Positions 30,389 to 41,141 of a DNA stretch of 64,000 bases are shown here, piece after piece. Position numbers and translations under genes: made by a program. The stretch's first letter is position 1, and every line of letters starts with the position of its first letter. This DNA is from an uncultured Candidatus Saccharibacteria bacterium (GTDB taxonomy: Bacteria > Patescibacteriota > Doudnabacteria > UBA920), in NCBI GenBank assembly GCA_964650255.1, contig CAZYQT010000005.1, positions 2,006 through 66,005 on the forward strand. The letters run 5' to 3'. The notes beneath the pieces are model-generated. The model was not told the DNA's origin. It searched no databases and was given only the letters and a program-made list of their open reading frames with translations.

Positions 30389-31261
30389 GTGGAACATCAG
30401 TTTATAAAAAATTCAAACGAGATTGATGGCCGCGCAATTGCAGCGGCTTTGTTTAGTAATATTAAAGCACGCGTGGAAAAATTAAATTTTCAGCCGCTGC
30501 TTTGTGATGTAATTGCAGGCGAGGATGCAGTTTCGATTTCATATGTAAAAATTAAGCGCAAGTTTGCCTTAGAATGTGGTTTGGATTTTTCGTTGGTGCA
30601 CTTGCAGAATGCAACTACTGCTGATGAAGTAATTACTGCTATTCAAATGGAGCAACAAAAATCAAATTTATGCGGGCTGATTGTCCAGTTGCCATTGCCA
30701 AAGCAAATTAACTCAGAGGATGTGTTGCGCGCCATAAACCCAGAAGTAGATGTTGATTTGCTAAACCCGCAATCATCAGAAAAATTTTATGAAAACCAAA
30801 GCAGTTTAGTCCCACCAACGCCTGGGGCAATTATGCAGATTTTGGAGCAACTTCCAATTGATCTTGCCAAGGAGAAAATTTTGGTTCTTGGGCAGGGCGA
30901 TTTAGTCGGCCGGCCGGTTACTAGTTTACTTCGAGCGAAAGGTTATGCAGTCGATGTTGCTACTGGCGATACTCCGAATAGACTAGAACTTTTGAAACAG
31001 GCAACTGTGATTATTAGCGGAGTGGGGAAGTCAGGAGTGCTAACTGGCGATGATGTTAGTGATGGAGTGGTTGTAATAGACGCTGGAACATCAGAATCTG
31101 GCGGCTCTATTTATGGCGACGTGGACTTTGAAACAGTGGCTCCCAAAGCGAAATTCATCACACCATCACCAGGTGGAGTTGGGCCAGTAACTGTGGCAAA
31201 ACTGTTGGAAAATGTTTTAAATGTTGCAGAACAAAGAGAGGGTAAAAACTATCAACAGTGA
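30389..31261 (+). CDS. folD: Methylenetetrahydrofolate dehydrogenase/cyclohydrolase
   Basis: 'VQLPLP', 'VIDAG', 'GDVDF', 'TPSPGGVGPVT'. Confidence 0.92.
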   Translation: MEHQFIKNSNEIDGRAIAAALFSNIKARVEKLNFQPLLCDVIAGEDAVSISYVKIKRKFALECGLDFSLVHLQNATTADEVITAIQMEQQKSNLCGLIVQLPLPKQINSEDVLRAINPEVDVDLLNPQSSEKFYENQSSLVPPTPGAIMQILEQLPIDLAKEKILVLGQGDLVGRPVTSLLRAKGYAVDVATGDTPNRLELLKQATVIISGVGKSGVLTGDDVSDGVVVIDAGTSESGGSIYGDVDFETVAPKAKFITPSPGGVGPVTVAKLLENVLNVAEQREGKNYQQ

Positions 31262-31265
31262 AGGC

Positions 31266-31294
31266 TTGACAGGGACTTCATTAATCTGTAAGAT
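31266..31294 (+). promoter_or_regulatory. Sigma70 promoter of greA
   Basis: TTGACA-N17-TAAGAT. Confidence 0.75.
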
Positions 31295-31321
31295 GTAGAC
31301 CAATACTATTTTTAAATCCAA

Positions 31322-31783
31322 ATGTCTAAAAAATATTTACTAACCCAAGAAGGGTTGCTGAAACTGAATGAAGAGCTTAAGCATTTAATTAATGATAAGC
31401 GCAAAGAAGTTATTGAGCGCATTCGCGAAGCTGCAGCGCATGGTGATCTAAGCGAGAATGCGGATTATGCCCAAGCGCGTGAAGAGCAATCTTTCATTGA
31501 AGGTCGTATCCAAGAAATTGAAGATATGATTAAGAATGCAGAAATTATTACTGCATCAACACAGCATAACAACGTAACCATTGGCTCAACCATTAAAGTA
31601 AGGGTTGATGGCGAAGAGCGCACCTACTCAATTGTAGGTAGCAACGAAGCTAATCCGAGTGAGGGCAAGATTTCCAATGAGTCTACTGTAGGAAAATCTC
31701 TGCTTGGTAAAAAGATCGGTGATAAGGTTGTAATCGAAACCCCAGCTGGTGAAAAAGAATACGAGATTGTGGGGATTAACTAG
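31322..31783 (+). CDS. greA: Transcription elongation factor GreA
   Basis: 'HGDLSENADY', 'ISNESTVGKSLLG'. Confidence 0.96.
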   Translation: MSKKYLLTQEGLLKLNEELKHLINDKRKEVIERIREAAAHGDLSENADYAQAREEQSFIEGRIQEIEDMIKNAEIITASTQHNNVTIGSTIKVRVDGEERTYSIVGSNEANPSEGKISNESTVGKSLLGKKIGDKVVIETPAGEKEYEIVGIN

Positions 31784-31822
31784 CATCGCGTAAGATCGAG
31801 ATAATATTTAGATAAAAAGAAG

Positions 31823-31856
31823 AGCGGCGAAGTCGAGAGACTCTGCCGCTTTTTTT
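31823..31856. terminator. Terminator between convergent greA and the orphan gene
   Basis: AGCGGC...GCCGCT hairpin plus T tract. Confidence 0.7.
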
Positions 31857-31859
31857 GAT

Positions 31860-32399
31860 TTATTGCGTCGTATCCGTGAGGTCATGGATGATATCGGCCC
31901 ACTCATCATCATCAATAACTTTCTTTTTGCTGAAAGCGAGATAACAGAATAATGGTAGGCCAAATAAAGGTACCGAAAAGGCAATTCTTTCATACCAAGC
32001 CATGTCATCGATAGGAGCAAAACTAAACACGTTGAAGAAAAAACAAGCGAAGAATAGTGGTATGGGAATTGAAGCAAAGAACAGTGCATGTTGCCACCAC
32101 CTCCATTGCTTGAACGGGATACTGATCTCTTTGGTTTGCGAGCTTAAGATTCTCGAGGTATTTTCTTCCTCTCTTAGGTCACGCGCCGTTTTTAGCAATT
32201 CCACGGAGCTGGGTTGTACCTCAATAGCAATGCTGAGGATCAAAAAGAGAAATACCATCCCAAGAACGGAATAAAATCCAAAGACTTTATAATTTTCTGA
32301 TCCCAAGAGAAGCAAAGAAATAAATATCCATGGAACTGTCATTAGAAACAGTAATTTTAGCCATAGCCTAGAATTAGCCCTTAACAATTTTATACCCAC
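31860..32399 (-). CDS. Orphan four-TM membrane protein
   Basis: GTG start with AAGGAGG and a TTGACT-N17-CATAAT promoter (32429-32457). Confidence 0.65.
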   Translation of the reverse strand: MGIKLLRANSRLWLKLLFLMTVPWIFISLLLLGSENYKVFGFYSVLGMVFLFLILSIAIEVQPSSVELLKTARDLREEENTSRILSSQTKEISIPFKQWRWWQHALFFASIPIPLFFACFFFNVFSFAPIDDMAWYERIAFSVPLFGLPLFCYLAFSKKKVIDDDEWADIIHDLTDTTQ

Positions 32400-32520
32400 A
32401 TTAGCCTCCTTACTAAGTATTTTTTATTATTATGCATATTTAATTCCCAAAAGTCAATTAGTTCAAACCCCTATTTTTTGCTATAATTTAAAGACTAAAA
32501 ATCAAGAAAATCTTACAAAA

Positions 32521-33987
32521 ATGAACGAAAGACTGGACGATATTATTGCGCATCGCAAGGCCAAGCTGGAAAATCTCAAAGCTGCTGGCATGGAGCCGTA
32601 TCCATCAACTACTGAGCGCACTCACACTAACAACGAAGCCTTAGAAAAATTTGATGAGCTTTCCAACTCACATACGCACGTTATTTTAGTTGGTCGCATA
32701 CGCAGCATGCGTGGCATGGGCAAGCTACTGTTTTTGCATATTGATGATGGCTCTGCCCGAGTTCAAGTTTTGTTAAAGTCTGATAGTATTGGTGAAGATC
32801 GCTTTGGGTTTTTTGTAGATAATTTTGACTTGGGTGATTTTGTTCAAGTAAGCGGAACATTATTTGTCACTAAAACTGGTGAGCAAACTTTGCAAGCCAC
32901 TGATTACAAAATGCTGGCTAAGTCTTTACGACCCCTTCCAAGTGAACACTACGGTTTAGAAGACGTTGAAACCAAACTACGCAAACGGTACCTGGATGTT
33001 TTATTAGATTCCGAAGCACGCGAACTGTTCATCAAGAAAAATAAGTTCTGGACTTCTATGCGTAGCTTTTTAGTAGAACGTGGATTTCTTGAGCTGGAGA
33101 TGCCAATTCTTGAATCAACTCCAGGTGGTGCAGAAGCGGAGCCATTTACTACACACCACAATGCTTTGGATAGGGATTTCTATTTACGTATTTCTCTAGA
33201 GTTGCCTCTTAAAAAGATGTTAGTTGCCGGGTATGAAAAAGTGTTTGAGATTGGCCGCATCTTCCGCAATGAAGGAATTTCTACCACTCACCTGCAGGAC
33301 TACACGCAAATGGAATTCTATTGGGCTTATGGTGACTTTGAGAAGTTGCAAAAGTTTTTACAAGAGATGTATCAACAAATGATCCAAGACACTTTCGGGA
33401 CATTGCAAATTACTTCTGGTGGTGTGACCTGTGATTGGTCCGGAGATTGGGAAAAAGTTGATTACATGGCTTTGTTCAAAGAGCACACTAATATAGATCT
33501 AGAAACTTGCAGTGATGAAGACTTGAAAGCTTACGCAAAATCGCAGCACATTAAGTTTGAAGATTTTGCACAGCGCGGACGTTTAATAGATTTAATTTTC
33601 AAAAAAGTTCGTTCCAACATTAAAACAGACAAGCCGGTATTTTTGGTAAATCAACCGATTGAGCTAGAGCCACTCGCAAAGCGCGATCCGAGCAATCCGA
33701 AAGTTGTTCAACGGTTACAAATCATGGCTTACGGCACAGAGCTTGGTAAGGGGTTCGGTGAGCTAAATGATCCTATTGATCAACGCCTGCGTTTTGAAGA
33801 ACAAGCCAAGCTGCGCGAGGCGGGCGACAATGAGGCGCAAATGCTAGACGAAGATTATATGGAAGCCATGGAATACGGCATGCCCCCTGCAGCAGGATTT
33901 GGCTTATCAGAGCGTTTATTCGCAGTTCTGGCAGATAAGTCCATTCGCGAAATAGTTGTGTTCCCACCAATGAAAAATAAGGAATAA
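32521..33987 (+). CDS. lysS: Lysine-tRNA ligase (class II)
   Basis: OB-fold, 'GGAEAEPF', 'LRISLEL', 'FRNEG', 'YGMPP'. Confidence 0.96.
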   Translation: MNERLDDIIAHRKAKLENLKAAGMEPYPSTTERTHTNNEALEKFDELSNSHTHVILVGRIRSMRGMGKLLFLHIDDGSARVQVLLKSDSIGEDRFGFFVDNFDLGDFVQVSGTLFVTKTGEQTLQATDYKMLAKSLRPLPSEHYGLEDVETKLRKRYLDVLLDSEARELFIKKNKFWTSMRSFLVERGFLELEMPILESTPGGAEAEPFTTHHNALDRDFYLRISLELPLKKMLVAGYEKVFEIGRIFRNEGISTTHLQDYTQMEFYWAYGDFEKLQKFLQEMYQQMIQDTFGTLQITSGGVTCDWSGDWEKVDYMALFKEHTNIDLETCSDEDLKAYAKSQHIKFEDFAQRGRLIDLIFKKVRSNIKTDKPVFLVNQPIELEPLAKRDPSNPKVVQRLQIMAYGTELGKGFGELNDPIDQRLRFEEQAKLREAGDNEAQMLDEDYMEAMEYGMPPAAGFGLSERLFAVLADKSIREIVVFPPMKNKE

Positions 33988-33990
33988 TAT

Positions 33991-35343
33991 ATGTTAGACA
34001 TCAAATTTATCCGCGACAATACAGATGCGGTCAAAAAAGCTATTCAAGACAAAAATGTAGATTTAGATTTAGATCGTCTTTTGGAATTAGATGAACAACG
34101 ACGCAACCTTTTGCAAGAGAACGAAACGTTTTTAGCAACCAAGAACGCTTTTTCGAAAGAACTCCCAACTTTAGATGAAGAAGCTAAGAAGGTTAAGCTT
34201 TTGGAAATGCAGGAAATGGATGCACATCATACTGAGGTAAAAGAAAAGTTGCGCAACATTGAAGCTGACTACAATGGTTTAATGCTTTTGGTGCCAAACA
34301 TTCCATCACCAGAAAGCCCGATTGGTAAAGATGATACTGGCAATGTTGCATGGAGCTATTGGTCTCCAGAACTTGGTAAGGTGGATCCTAATGAGCAAGA
34401 CAAAGTTGCGCAGGTGCCAACCAAATTTGATTTTCAGATTAAGGACCATATTGCTTTGGGTAAGGATTTAGATTTAATTGATACTGATCGCGGCACCGAA
34501 GTATCTGGTTTTCGAGGTTACTATTTAAAGAATGAATTAACTTTGATGCACCAAGGGCTAATGTGGCATGTGATGGTGAAGTTGCGAAGCAAGGGGTTCA
34601 CTTTAATGCAAACCCCGACTTTGGTGCGAGAGTTTCCATTAACTGGCGCGGGAATGTTTCCAACTGGAAAAGCAGAAGTGTATCAGGTGGCCAACGCTGC
34701 TGGAATGGAAAGCCCTGAAGGCGAAATTAAAGAAAAGCAGTACCTTGCCGGCACATCTGAACCAGCCTTAATTGGTTATTACGCTAATCAAATTTTAGAT
34801 GAAGCTCAATTGCCGATTCAGCTTTCTGGGATATCAGCATGTTACAGAAGTGAAGTTGGTAGTTACGGTAAAGACACCAAGGGATTGTACCGCGTTAAGG
34901 AATTTTTGAAAGTTGAGCAAGTAGTAATTTGTAAAGCCGATATGCGCGAAGGCGAAGTATGGCTCGAAAAACTGCGTGAAATTTCCGAGGAAATTCTTCA
35001 GGAATTGAAATTGCCATACCGCGTATTGAATATTTGCACTGGTGATATGGGCGCAGGTAAATACAAGATGTATGATATTGAAACCTGGATGCCTGGCCGC
35101 AATAGTTACGGCGAAACTCACAGCGACTCCAACTTAACGGATTGGCAAGCACGTCGTTTGAATATCCGCTACAAAGATAAAGAAGGTAAAACTAAATTTG
35201 CTTATACGCTAAACAATACTGCTGTTGCCAGTCCGCGCATTTTAATTGCAATCCTCGAAAATTATCAGCAGGCAGACGGTAGTATTAAAGTCCCAGAAGT
35301 TTTGCAAAAGTACGTTGGCGCTGAAGTCATCAAGAAAAAATAA
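33991..35343 (+). CDS. serS: Serine-tRNA ligase
   Basis: 'MLDIKFIR', 'GTSE', 'CYRSE', 'TLNNTA..PRILIAILENYQ'. Confidence 0.96.
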   Translation: MLDIKFIRDNTDAVKKAIQDKNVDLDLDRLLELDEQRRNLLQENETFLATKNAFSKELPTLDEEAKKVKLLEMQEMDAHHTEVKEKLRNIEADYNGLMLLVPNIPSPESPIGKDDTGNVAWSYWSPELGKVDPNEQDKVAQVPTKFDFQIKDHIALGKDLDLIDTDRGTEVSGFRGYYLKNELTLMHQGLMWHVMVKLRSKGFTLMQTPTLVREFPLTGAGMFPTGKAEVYQVANAAGMESPEGEIKEKQYLAGTSEPALIGYYANQILDEAQLPIQLSGISACYRSEVGSYGKDTKGLYRVKEFLKVEQVVICKADMREGEVWLEKLREISEEILQELKLPYRVLNICTGDMGAGKYKMYDIETWMPGRNSYGETHSDSNLTDWQARRLNIRYKDKEGKTKFAYTLNNTAVASPRILIAILENYQQADGSIKVPEVLQKYVGAEVIKKK

Positions 35344-35351
35344 ATTATCCT

Positions 35352-36644
35352 ATGGCCCGCACAGATAAAGTTCAATCCATGTTAGCGTTTTTTGCGCGAA
35401 AGATTTTGGCTAAACATCAGCCATTTATAATTGGAGTTACTGGCAGCGTTGGCAAAACTTCCACGCGCCACGCTATTGCGGCGGCCCTTGGGGCAAAATA
35501 CAAGTTGCGCGAACCGATTAAAAACTATAACAACGAAATTGGCATTCCTTTAACTATTATTGGTACCAAAAGTTGGGATGATGATGCCGGCTCTTTTGCC
35601 AAACAAAAAGCTTTAATGCGCATTATTTTGAAAGGACTTTTAGCTTGGCTTGGTAGCGATTACCCAAAGGTTTTAGTGTTAGAGTATGGCGTGGATCATC
35701 CTGGCGATATGGATATTTATTTAGAAATTGCTAAACCAAATTTAACCGTATTTACGGCTGTAGATTTTTCCCACAAGGAATTTTTTGAGTCCCAAGAACA
35801 AATTGCTCAAGAAAAAGGAAAGCTGGCAGCAGCCCTGCCTGCAGATGGAACTTTTGTGTATAACGCAGATGACCCGCTTGTCGCTTCTCAGGTAGCAAGA
35901 ACCACGGCGCGAACGGTTTCTTTTGGCACTGCTCAAGCCGGACATAGCGCAGACGTGATTTTAGAAAAAGTTGATATTTCCTTAGGGGGTCAAACTTTTT
36001 CAAATTTGCAAATTAAAACTCCTAGCAGAACTTTGCATGTAACTTTACCAGCGATTGGCGCTGCTCACGAGAAAGCTGCACTGGTTGCAGTTGCCGTTGC
36101 AGAAGCTATGGAGGTAGAATCAGATTTAATTATCAATGGGTTAGCAAATTACCGGCCAATGCCTGGGCGTTTGAACGTTATCTCTGGAATTAAAAAATCT
36201 ATAATTCTTGATGACTCCTATAATGCGGCACCCATTTCCACAATTGCCGGCTTAAATCTATTGGCTAAGTTTCCGAACAAAATTAAAATGGCAGCTCTTG
36301 GTGACATGCTAGAGCTTGGTGATAGTACAGACAAGGCGCACAAAGAAGTTGGGGAACTGGCAGCGGCTATGGACCTGCAAAAATTAATTACAGTGGGAGA
36401 GTTGGGTAAAAAGATTGCAGTCAGTGCAATTGCAGCAGGTATGCCAGCAGAAAAAGTAATTTCATTTCCAGATAGTGACACGGCTAAGAGTGAAGTCTTA
36501 AAAATGCTTGAGCCAGAAAGTGTGATTTTTGTGAAAGGCTCGCAAGGAGTACGTATGGAAAAAATTAGCAAAGAGTTAATGGCACAGCCTCTCAGCGCTG
36601 CACAATTTTTGCCCAGGCAATATGGTAAGTGGTTGGAATCGTAA
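35352..36644 (+). CDS. murF: UDP-N-acetylmuramoyl-tripeptide-D-Ala-D-Ala ligase
   Basis: 'GVTGSVGKTST', 'NNEIGIPLT', 'DDSYNA', 'GDMLELG', 'VKGS'. Confidence 0.93.
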   Translation: MARTDKVQSMLAFFARKILAKHQPFIIGVTGSVGKTSTRHAIAAALGAKYKLREPIKNYNNEIGIPLTIIGTKSWDDDAGSFAKQKALMRIILKGLLAWLGSDYPKVLVLEYGVDHPGDMDIYLEIAKPNLTVFTAVDFSHKEFFESQEQIAQEKGKLAAALPADGTFVYNADDPLVASQVARTTARTVSFGTAQAGHSADVILEKVDISLGGQTFSNLQIKTPSRTLHVTLPAIGAAHEKAALVAVAVAEAMEVESDLIINGLANYRPMPGRLNVISGIKKSIILDDSYNAAPISTIAGLNLLAKFPNKIKMAALGDMLELGDSTDKAHKEVGELAAAMDLQKLITVGELGKKIAVSAIAAGMPAEKVISFPDSDTAKSEVLKMLEPESVIFVKGSQGVRMEKISKELMAQPLSAAQFLPRQYGKWLES

Positions 36645-36659
36645 AATCGTAGAAACAAA

Positions 36660-37802
36660 ATGTTTTTCAAAAAGAAAAAACCAAAAATCGATCCCAAGAT
36701 TCGCTTTCAAAATAGGCAATTTAATCAAAAATTACATCAAGCAAGGACCTATAAACGAACTGTTCGCGCCATTCCAGAAGGCGGCTTTCAGCGGTTTTTA
36801 ACAGCGATCGGATTGGGTAGTGCCTGGAAGCAAATTTTGGCCTTACTAATTTTGGGCGGACTGATTTATATAGTTTATATTCCCAATTTTTTGAGCATTC
36901 AGAAAATTATTATTACTGGCATGTCGCCTGATGACACTACAGCCACACAAAACGCCGTGGAAGAGGTTATTAAGAGTGCGCATTTTTTCGACCCTCAGCG
37001 TAATTTATTATTTTTAAGCAAGAGCAGAGTCAGTCAAGCTGTTATGCATGTGGCCGGGGTTGATCGAGTGAATAGCATCAAAAAAGATTTCAAAAACAAA
37101 ACTGTTACAATATCAATTACATCTAAGTATGAAAGATTCTTAGTGCGCGACTCTGAAAAAGTTTATGATGTTTATAATGATGGCACCACAAAAGGTATAG
37201 CCGGGGTGGATAGGACCTATTGGGAATCATTACAAAACCCTGGTATGGTTAAGATTGATTTGAAGGGTAAGGTAATGAATGCCGACAATAAGCAGTTCCT
37301 TTCACCGGAAACAGTTAAGTATATTTTGGAAGCAGAAGATCAAATGAAGGGAATCGTTGGTTCCAGTTTGGCATTTGTGCAAATTACTTTGCCGGAGGTT
37401 AAAAAGCCAAGTGGCGAATTTGAGGAGAGCCCAGTTCCAGAAGTTGAAAATGCTCAGCCTGAAAAAGTTTCCCTTGATGATAAAATGACCACGCAGCTAG
37501 AGCCAGAAAATGATGGCAAGCCCGCAGTGGACGTTATATTGCCAACTCCAGAACCGCTGATTGAAATTAATTTGCCCCTAAAGGCTGATGAGCTAGAATT
37601 TTACTTGCAAAAAGGCAGTGACTCAAAAACCCTTTTTAGGGTTTTGATTGACACAAAAGAAAGTCCGCATGACATGGTTCAGCGGTTGAATTTATTACTG
37701 TCCCAAACTGCCTCTGATCGGTATAATTTATTAGCTTATATTGATTTGCGAGTAAAAACCCGAGCGTTTGTGTGCTTGCTTGGAACTGTTTGTGATAAAT
37801 AA
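36660..37802 (+). CDS. FtsQ/DivIB-like cell division protein
   Basis: Basic N-terminus, TM helix, POTRA-like segment, C-terminal 'YIDLR'; follows murF. Confidence 0.7.
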   Translation: MFFKKKKPKIDPKIRFQNRQFNQKLHQARTYKRTVRAIPEGGFQRFLTAIGLGSAWKQILALLILGGLIYIVYIPNFLSIQKIIITGMSPDDTTATQNAVEEVIKSAHFFDPQRNLLFLSKSRVSQAVMHVAGVDRVNSIKKDFKNKTVTISITSKYERFLVRDSEKVYDVYNDGTTKGIAGVDRTYWESLQNPGMVKIDLKGKVMNADNKQFLSPETVKYILEAEDQMKGIVGSSLAFVQITLPEVKKPSGEFEESPVPEVENAQPEKVSLDDKMTTQLEPENDGKPAVDVILPTPEPLIEINLPLKADELEFYLQKGSDSKTLFRVLIDTKESPHDMVQRLNLLLSQTASDRYNLLAYIDLRVKTRAFVCLLGTVCDK

Positions 37803-37822
37803 AAAGCCGCGTAAGCGGCTTT
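37802..37822. terminator. Bidirectional terminator
   Basis: AAAAGCCGC-GTAA-GCGGCTTT between convergent genes. Confidence 0.75.
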
Positions 37823-37835
37823 AAAATGCATGTGG

Positions 37836-39440
37836 TTAGTTTACTTTATATTCTGTTACGTAAACCCATGTTCCCACATAGGGTCTGACTTCAGCAAAAC
37901 TTTTTTGAACTACTTCAGTCCAGTTTTTTGGTGTAGTGGGTTTGCTGCCGCCGAAGCCGTTGGTCCACAATAGCCACACAGTGTCGCCGTGTCGTGTTGA
38001 ATCGGAAAAATTAAGGACTAGATCATCATCAGTGAGGATGGCAGTGCCAGCATAGTGAGGTAGGTCATGTGTGAGGTGGCCATCAGTAAAAAGTAGCGGC
38101 TTCACAGAAGTTTCGTTGTAGTATTTGTAGTTGAAAAATTCAAAACTACTACCCACATAAATTTTATGTTGCGGTTCAACATTGGCGGTAAGGTATGCGC
38201 TGGCTGCGGCCATTCCCGGTTTAGTTTCTAATTGGAGCTTATCCCAATAATTCCAAACTGAGTAAAGATTTAGTAAAACCAGAACCAGGCTAAGTAAAGT
38301 AGCTAGTTGTTTGATTTTAAATTTACTTAGGAATAACGCCACTAAAATAGAATAGTACGCGCTGCAGAATATGAAATAGCGCACTAAATAGACTGAGCTG
38401 TTGTTGCCTTGGAGTTTGGCAATTATATAAAAGAGGATTGCGCCGCCGAACGGAGCTAGGAATGCCAGTATCGCCAGCCATTTTTCGGTTTCTTGCAACT
38501 TACGAATTACTTGAACAATAATTAGTAAGGTTAACATGGTGACAAATATCCAAAGAGGATTTGGGATTTGCCAGGATCCAATTAGCGGAAGTTTGGTTAT
38601 AGAATTGGGTAATCGAATGAGTAATTCCCATAATGTTGATGGAATACTCCATTCATCCATTGGCGGGATCCAATATCCAGCGCCGACTTGCTTGAATTGG
38701 AACAAAAAGACTTTCAACCAAGGAATAAATAGTATACCAATTCCCAGACCCGACAGCACCATCCAGCCGTATCGTTTAAATTCACCTTTGAAGTTAATAA
38801 TGCAATAAATGATTGCGTATATTCCTAGGGCTGCAACAGTGAACAACAAATAATAGTGAGTGTAAGTTAGAATGGCACTACACAATGTGAAGACCGCATA
38901 GTAAATTAGGAATCGTTTTTTTAACTTTGTCTTCAGTACTATATTGGTTTTACTGGCGTAGTAAGCAGTTTGATTGCGCAGAGCAGCACATAGAGCTAAT
39001 GCGGCAATCACTGCAAAGAACGCACCCATGGTGTACATGCGGGCTTCAGTGACATACTGCACTTGAAAAGGATTCACTGCAACGAACAGCGCAGCCCACA
39101 AAGCGGCACCTCGGTTGTTAAAGGCATATTTTACTAGATAATAAACGCCAATGACTGTGCCAACTCCGAAAAGCACGGACATGCCTCGCAGTGAAAACAA
39201 AGAGTTGCCAAAAATATAAGACCAAATACGCAAGAAAATATAATACATTGGTGGATGAACATCCAAACCAATTCGGTGCATCATTTCGCCCCATGGGTAT
39301 TTAATCAGCAACGCAGAAAAAGCTTCATCGTGCCAAAGCGATATTGAAGTCAAATGCCACAAACGCAGTACGAGTCCTAGGGCAGCGATGCAAATTAAAG
39401 CGAAATTGGTGCTAACTAGACTTTTGGCTTTTTGAATCAT
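37836..39440 (-). CDS. GT-C fold glycosyltransferase (PMT/ArnT-like)
   Basis: 'SLWHDEA', 'DVHPPMYY', 'EARMY', many TM helices. Confidence 0.88.
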   Translation of the reverse strand: MIQKAKSLVSTNFALICIAALGLVLRLWHLTSISLWHDEAFSALLIKYPWGEMMHRIGLDVHPPMYYIFLRIWSYIFGNSLFSLRGMSVLFGVGTVIGVYYLVKYAFNNRGAALWAALFVAVNPFQVQYVTEARMYTMGAFFAVIAALALCAALRNQTAYYASKTNIVLKTKLKKRFLIYYAVFTLCSAILTYTHYYLLFTVAALGIYAIIYCIINFKGEFKRYGWMVLSGLGIGILFIPWLKVFLFQFKQVGAGYWIPPMDEWSIPSTLWELLIRLPNSITKLPLIGSWQIPNPLWIFVTMLTLLIIVQVIRKLQETEKWLAILAFLAPFGGAILFYIIAKLQGNNSSVYLVRYFIFCSAYYSILVALFLSKFKIKQLATLLSLVLVLLNLYSVWNYWDKLQLETKPGMAAASAYLTANVEPQHKIYVGSSFEFFNYKYYNETSVKPLLFTDGHLTHDLPHYAGTAILTDDDLVLNFSDSTRHGDTVWLLWTNGFGGSKPTTPKNWTEVVQKSFAEVRPYVGTWVYVTEYKVN

Positions 39441-39442
39441 AA

Positions 39443-41107
39443 TTATTGAACTGTGTATACAGCTAATACTGCTTGGTTAAATTTATTACGCCGTTCTAAA
39501 GTTAGTTTGGCTTCAGGGTGATACTGTTTGAATTTTTTAATATCAAAAATACTAGATTGCGTGAACACGAGCCGGTCTCCTGGCTTGAGATTCTTGAGTT
39601 CCCATGAGTTTTCGGGATCCACCTGTTGGTATGGGTTGCCTTTATCGCTTGTAAAATAATCCACGGTTTGAACAGAGAACTTATCAAGTATAAGGAAAGT
39701 ATTATTTTTGTTGCCCGTGTTGTTTAGATAATCACTGACATTGGTTAAGTCAGACCGGAACGAGTAGAAGTTTTCTGGGCTATTAGCAGCAAAAATAAAG
39801 TAGAGGATGTAGGTTTGTAAGATGAGTGCCGCAATAAATACAATCGTCTTTGCATGAAAGGCAAAAGATAGTAGATTTTTTTGCCACCCCTGAAGATAAG
39901 GCCAGTACTTATTCACCACCCGCGAAGTCCATTCGACAACCCACATTAAACCCACGCTGGACATAATAAATACTACTGGGATAGTACCAATCGCACGCAA
40001 GCCGTGAGGGATACCTTCGGCAGTGGTGATTACAGGGATGAGCATGGCCCAAAACCACCCAGCGAGCAAAAAGTATTTCCAGTCGAGTTTATTTTTTATT
40101 GGAGTGAAGACATACCGGGCCGCTAGGGCAGTGGCGCCGATCAAACCCAAGGCAAAAAATGGAGCAATAATAATAGATAGGAATGCTTCACCAGAAATGT
40201 TGTGGCGCCAATTTAGATCGCCTCCCCAGAAGTAGGCGCGCATACTAGTCCAGAACACTTCACCTAATGTGCCTATTAGATTGCCGTGGTTAAGCGCAGG
40301 GCTAAATACGGATACTTGTCCGCTGCGACCAATAAACGATCCGGCATGTGTCCAGAAGTAATAAGCTATCCATGAGATAAAGACTAAAAAGCTGGCAATT
40401 AGGCCAATAAATGGTCCGAAAAACTTTTTAATATTTTGGAAGCGCGGAGACTTAATGATATCAACAGCCAATGGCCACAAAATTGCAACAGCAACAAGCG
40501 GTACCATTATCCTGTAGGCAATGTAGGTATAAAAACCTAGAGCAAAGGTTGCACCGGTAAGCACCGCCCACATGTAACGTTTGGCTTTGGTGGCGGCTTG
40601 AAAAGCCATTAGGCCAAAAAAGAAAGTGAATGTAGTAAATAAAGGAATTAAATTGGCGCGAAAAGCTGTGCGAGACAAGACTACATGCCAACTCGAAACC
40701 GCCATAAAGAATGATGCCCAAAGGGCAAGATTAGTTGCGCGACTAGTAATGGCATTGGGTTTGTCTCCATCGCGACTGCGGCCAAAGATTTTAAACAAAG
40801 CTCGAGCAACTAAGAAACAACCCAGCACCGCAATTACACCAACTAGAGCTGAAACAATATGATGCTGCCACGGACCTTTGCCAAACAGCTCCACACTGCC
40901 CCATAGCATGTAAAAGAACAAAGCCTCTCGGCCATTGCCGCGCTCGTAAAATGGTTGCAACTGTCCTTGTTGCATCAAGTTAATATCAAGGCCATTAGCG
41001 GCTTCGTCTGGAAACAATCCGCCAGGCATCGCCATAATCTGGTAATACCTAAAGAAGATTGCCAGGGCCATTATGCCGACTAGGAGCCATTTTTGTTTTG
41101 GTGTCAT
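39443..41107 (-). CDS. GT-C fold glycosyltransferase (PMT/ArnT-like)
   Basis: 'PGGLFPDEA', 'GREALF', 'SRTAFR', many TM helices; start set at MTPKQKW. Confidence 0.85.
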   Translation of the reverse strand: MTPKQKWLLVGIMALAIFFRYYQIMAMPGGLFPDEAANGLDINLMQQGQLQPFYERGNGREALFFYMLWGSVELFGKGPWQHHIVSALVGVIAVLGCFLVARALFKIFGRSRDGDKPNAITSRATNLALWASFFMAVSSWHVVLSRTAFRANLIPLFTTFTFFFGLMAFQAATKAKRYMWAVLTGATFALGFYTYIAYRIMVPLVAVAILWPLAVDIIKSPRFQNIKKFFGPFIGLIASFLVFISWIAYYFWTHAGSFIGRSGQVSVFSPALNHGNLIGTLGEVFWTSMRAYFWGGDLNWRHNISGEAFLSIIIAPFFALGLIGATALAARYVFTPIKNKLDWKYFLLAGWFWAMLIPVITTAEGIPHGLRAIGTIPVVFIMSSVGLMWVVEWTSRVVNKYWPYLQGWQKNLLSFAFHAKTIVFIAALILQTYILYFIFAANSPENFYSFRSDLTNVSDYLNNTGNKNNTFLILDKFSVQTVDYFTSDKGNPYQQVDPENSWELKNLKPGDRLVFTQSSIFDIKKFKQYHPEAKLTLERRNKFNQAVLAVYTVQ

Positions 41108-41141
41108 ATTTGGTATAATTGGTACTGCTAACCAAGAATTC